This document shows, one piece after another, positions 31,642 through 32,000 of a stretch of DNA of 32,000 nt. This DNA comes from Halorhodospira halophila SL1 (lineage in GTDB: Bacteria > Pseudomonadota > Gammaproteobacteria > Nitrococcales > Halorhodospiraceae). A program made the position numbers and the translations under genes. The notes beneath the pieces are model-generated. The model saw only the letters and a program-made list of their open reading frames with translations, ran no database searches and was not told the DNA's origin. Position 1 is the first letter of the stretch; each line of letters begins with the position of its first letter. The stretch covers positions 1,740,001 through 1,772,000 of the forward strand of contig NC_008789.1 of the NCBI RefSeq assembly GCF_000015585.1, written 5' to 3'.

Positions 31642-31855
31642 CGTGTCCTCCCCGCTGAGACGTCGGGCGCACATTGGGCAACATCGTCGCGCCCCCCTTG
31701 CGCCTGGCGCGATAGTACGACCATTCTCTAAACGCTGGCAAATGCGCCGTTACGTCGCACAGAACCGTATACTGGGAAGATCCATCACCGGCCCCTGAAC
31801 CGGCGGTGGTGGAGTATTTGAAGGTCACCTCGACCCTGACGTGAGAGGAGCCAGA

Positions 31856-32000
31856 ATGATGAGCAACAAACCGTGTGACCGCTCCCGCCGCAAGTTCCTG
31901 CGCCTGGGCCTGATGAGCACGGCCGCGATCCCGGCCGCTAGCCTGTTCGGCTCCAAGGCCATGGCCGACAACGGCAATAACAACAACGGCAACGACCAGA
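31856..32000 (+). CDS. Tat-signal-peptide protein, N-terminal 48 codons only (runs off the window)
   Basis: GAGAGGAG Shine-Dalgarno, then MMSNKPCDRSRRKFLRLGLMSTAAIPAASLFGSKAMA|DNGNNNNGNDQ. It has the twin-arginine motif SRRKFL, a hydrophobic core and an AxA cleavage site. Absent from the ORF track because there is no stop in the window. Confidence 0.6.
   Translation, partial: MMSNKPCDRSRRKFLRLGLMSTAAIPAASLFGSKAMADNGNNNNGNDQ

Overview
The window is a GC-rich purple-bacterial photosynthesis gene cluster (PGC), and almost every base is explained by recognisable genes.

Gene order, left to right:
- A 5'-truncated Omp85-type outer-membrane protein.
- bchG, a PucC-family MFS gene (the Rhodobacter 'orf428' position) and bchP on the + strand.
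- Convergent with these, a long minus-strand superoperon: crtE-crtF-bchC-bchX-bchY-bchZ-pufQ(-like)-pufB-pufA-pufL-pufM-pufC.
- crtD-crtC, divergent from crtE.
- Minus-strand gltB-gltD (glutamate synthase) plus a 47-codon membrane ORF, sitting between crtC and crtB.
- Minus-strand idi-bchI-bchD-bchO-crtI-crtB.
- At the right edge, the first 48 codons of a twin-arginine (Tat) signal protein.

The crtEBIDCF set without crtA suggests a spirilloxanthin-type carotenoid pathway. The tetraheme, lipobox-bearing PufC and the Rhodobacter-like operon order are classical. My impression is a Halorhodospira/Ectothiorhodospiraceae-like gammaproteobacterium, but that needs a database search.

I found no CRISPR array, tRNA/rRNA gene, transposase/integrase or defence-like module, and no convincing undescribed multi-gene system.

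The points worth a second look are smaller in scale:
- A recurring TTGAC(A/G) box 34-36 nt upstream of the ATGs of bchG, bchC and crtI, a geometry that fits leaderless transcripts.
- Degenerate PpsR/CrtJ-like TGTCA-N8-TGAC sites upstream of bchC and bchG.
- crtC has no usable start codon near its conserved N-terminus.
- A 13-bp perfect stem-loop inside the 3' end of bchO.
- A pufQ-like ORF.
- Long C-terminal extensions on PufB and PufA.
- gltBD interrupting the PGC.
- A 24-nt tandem duplication in crtB.
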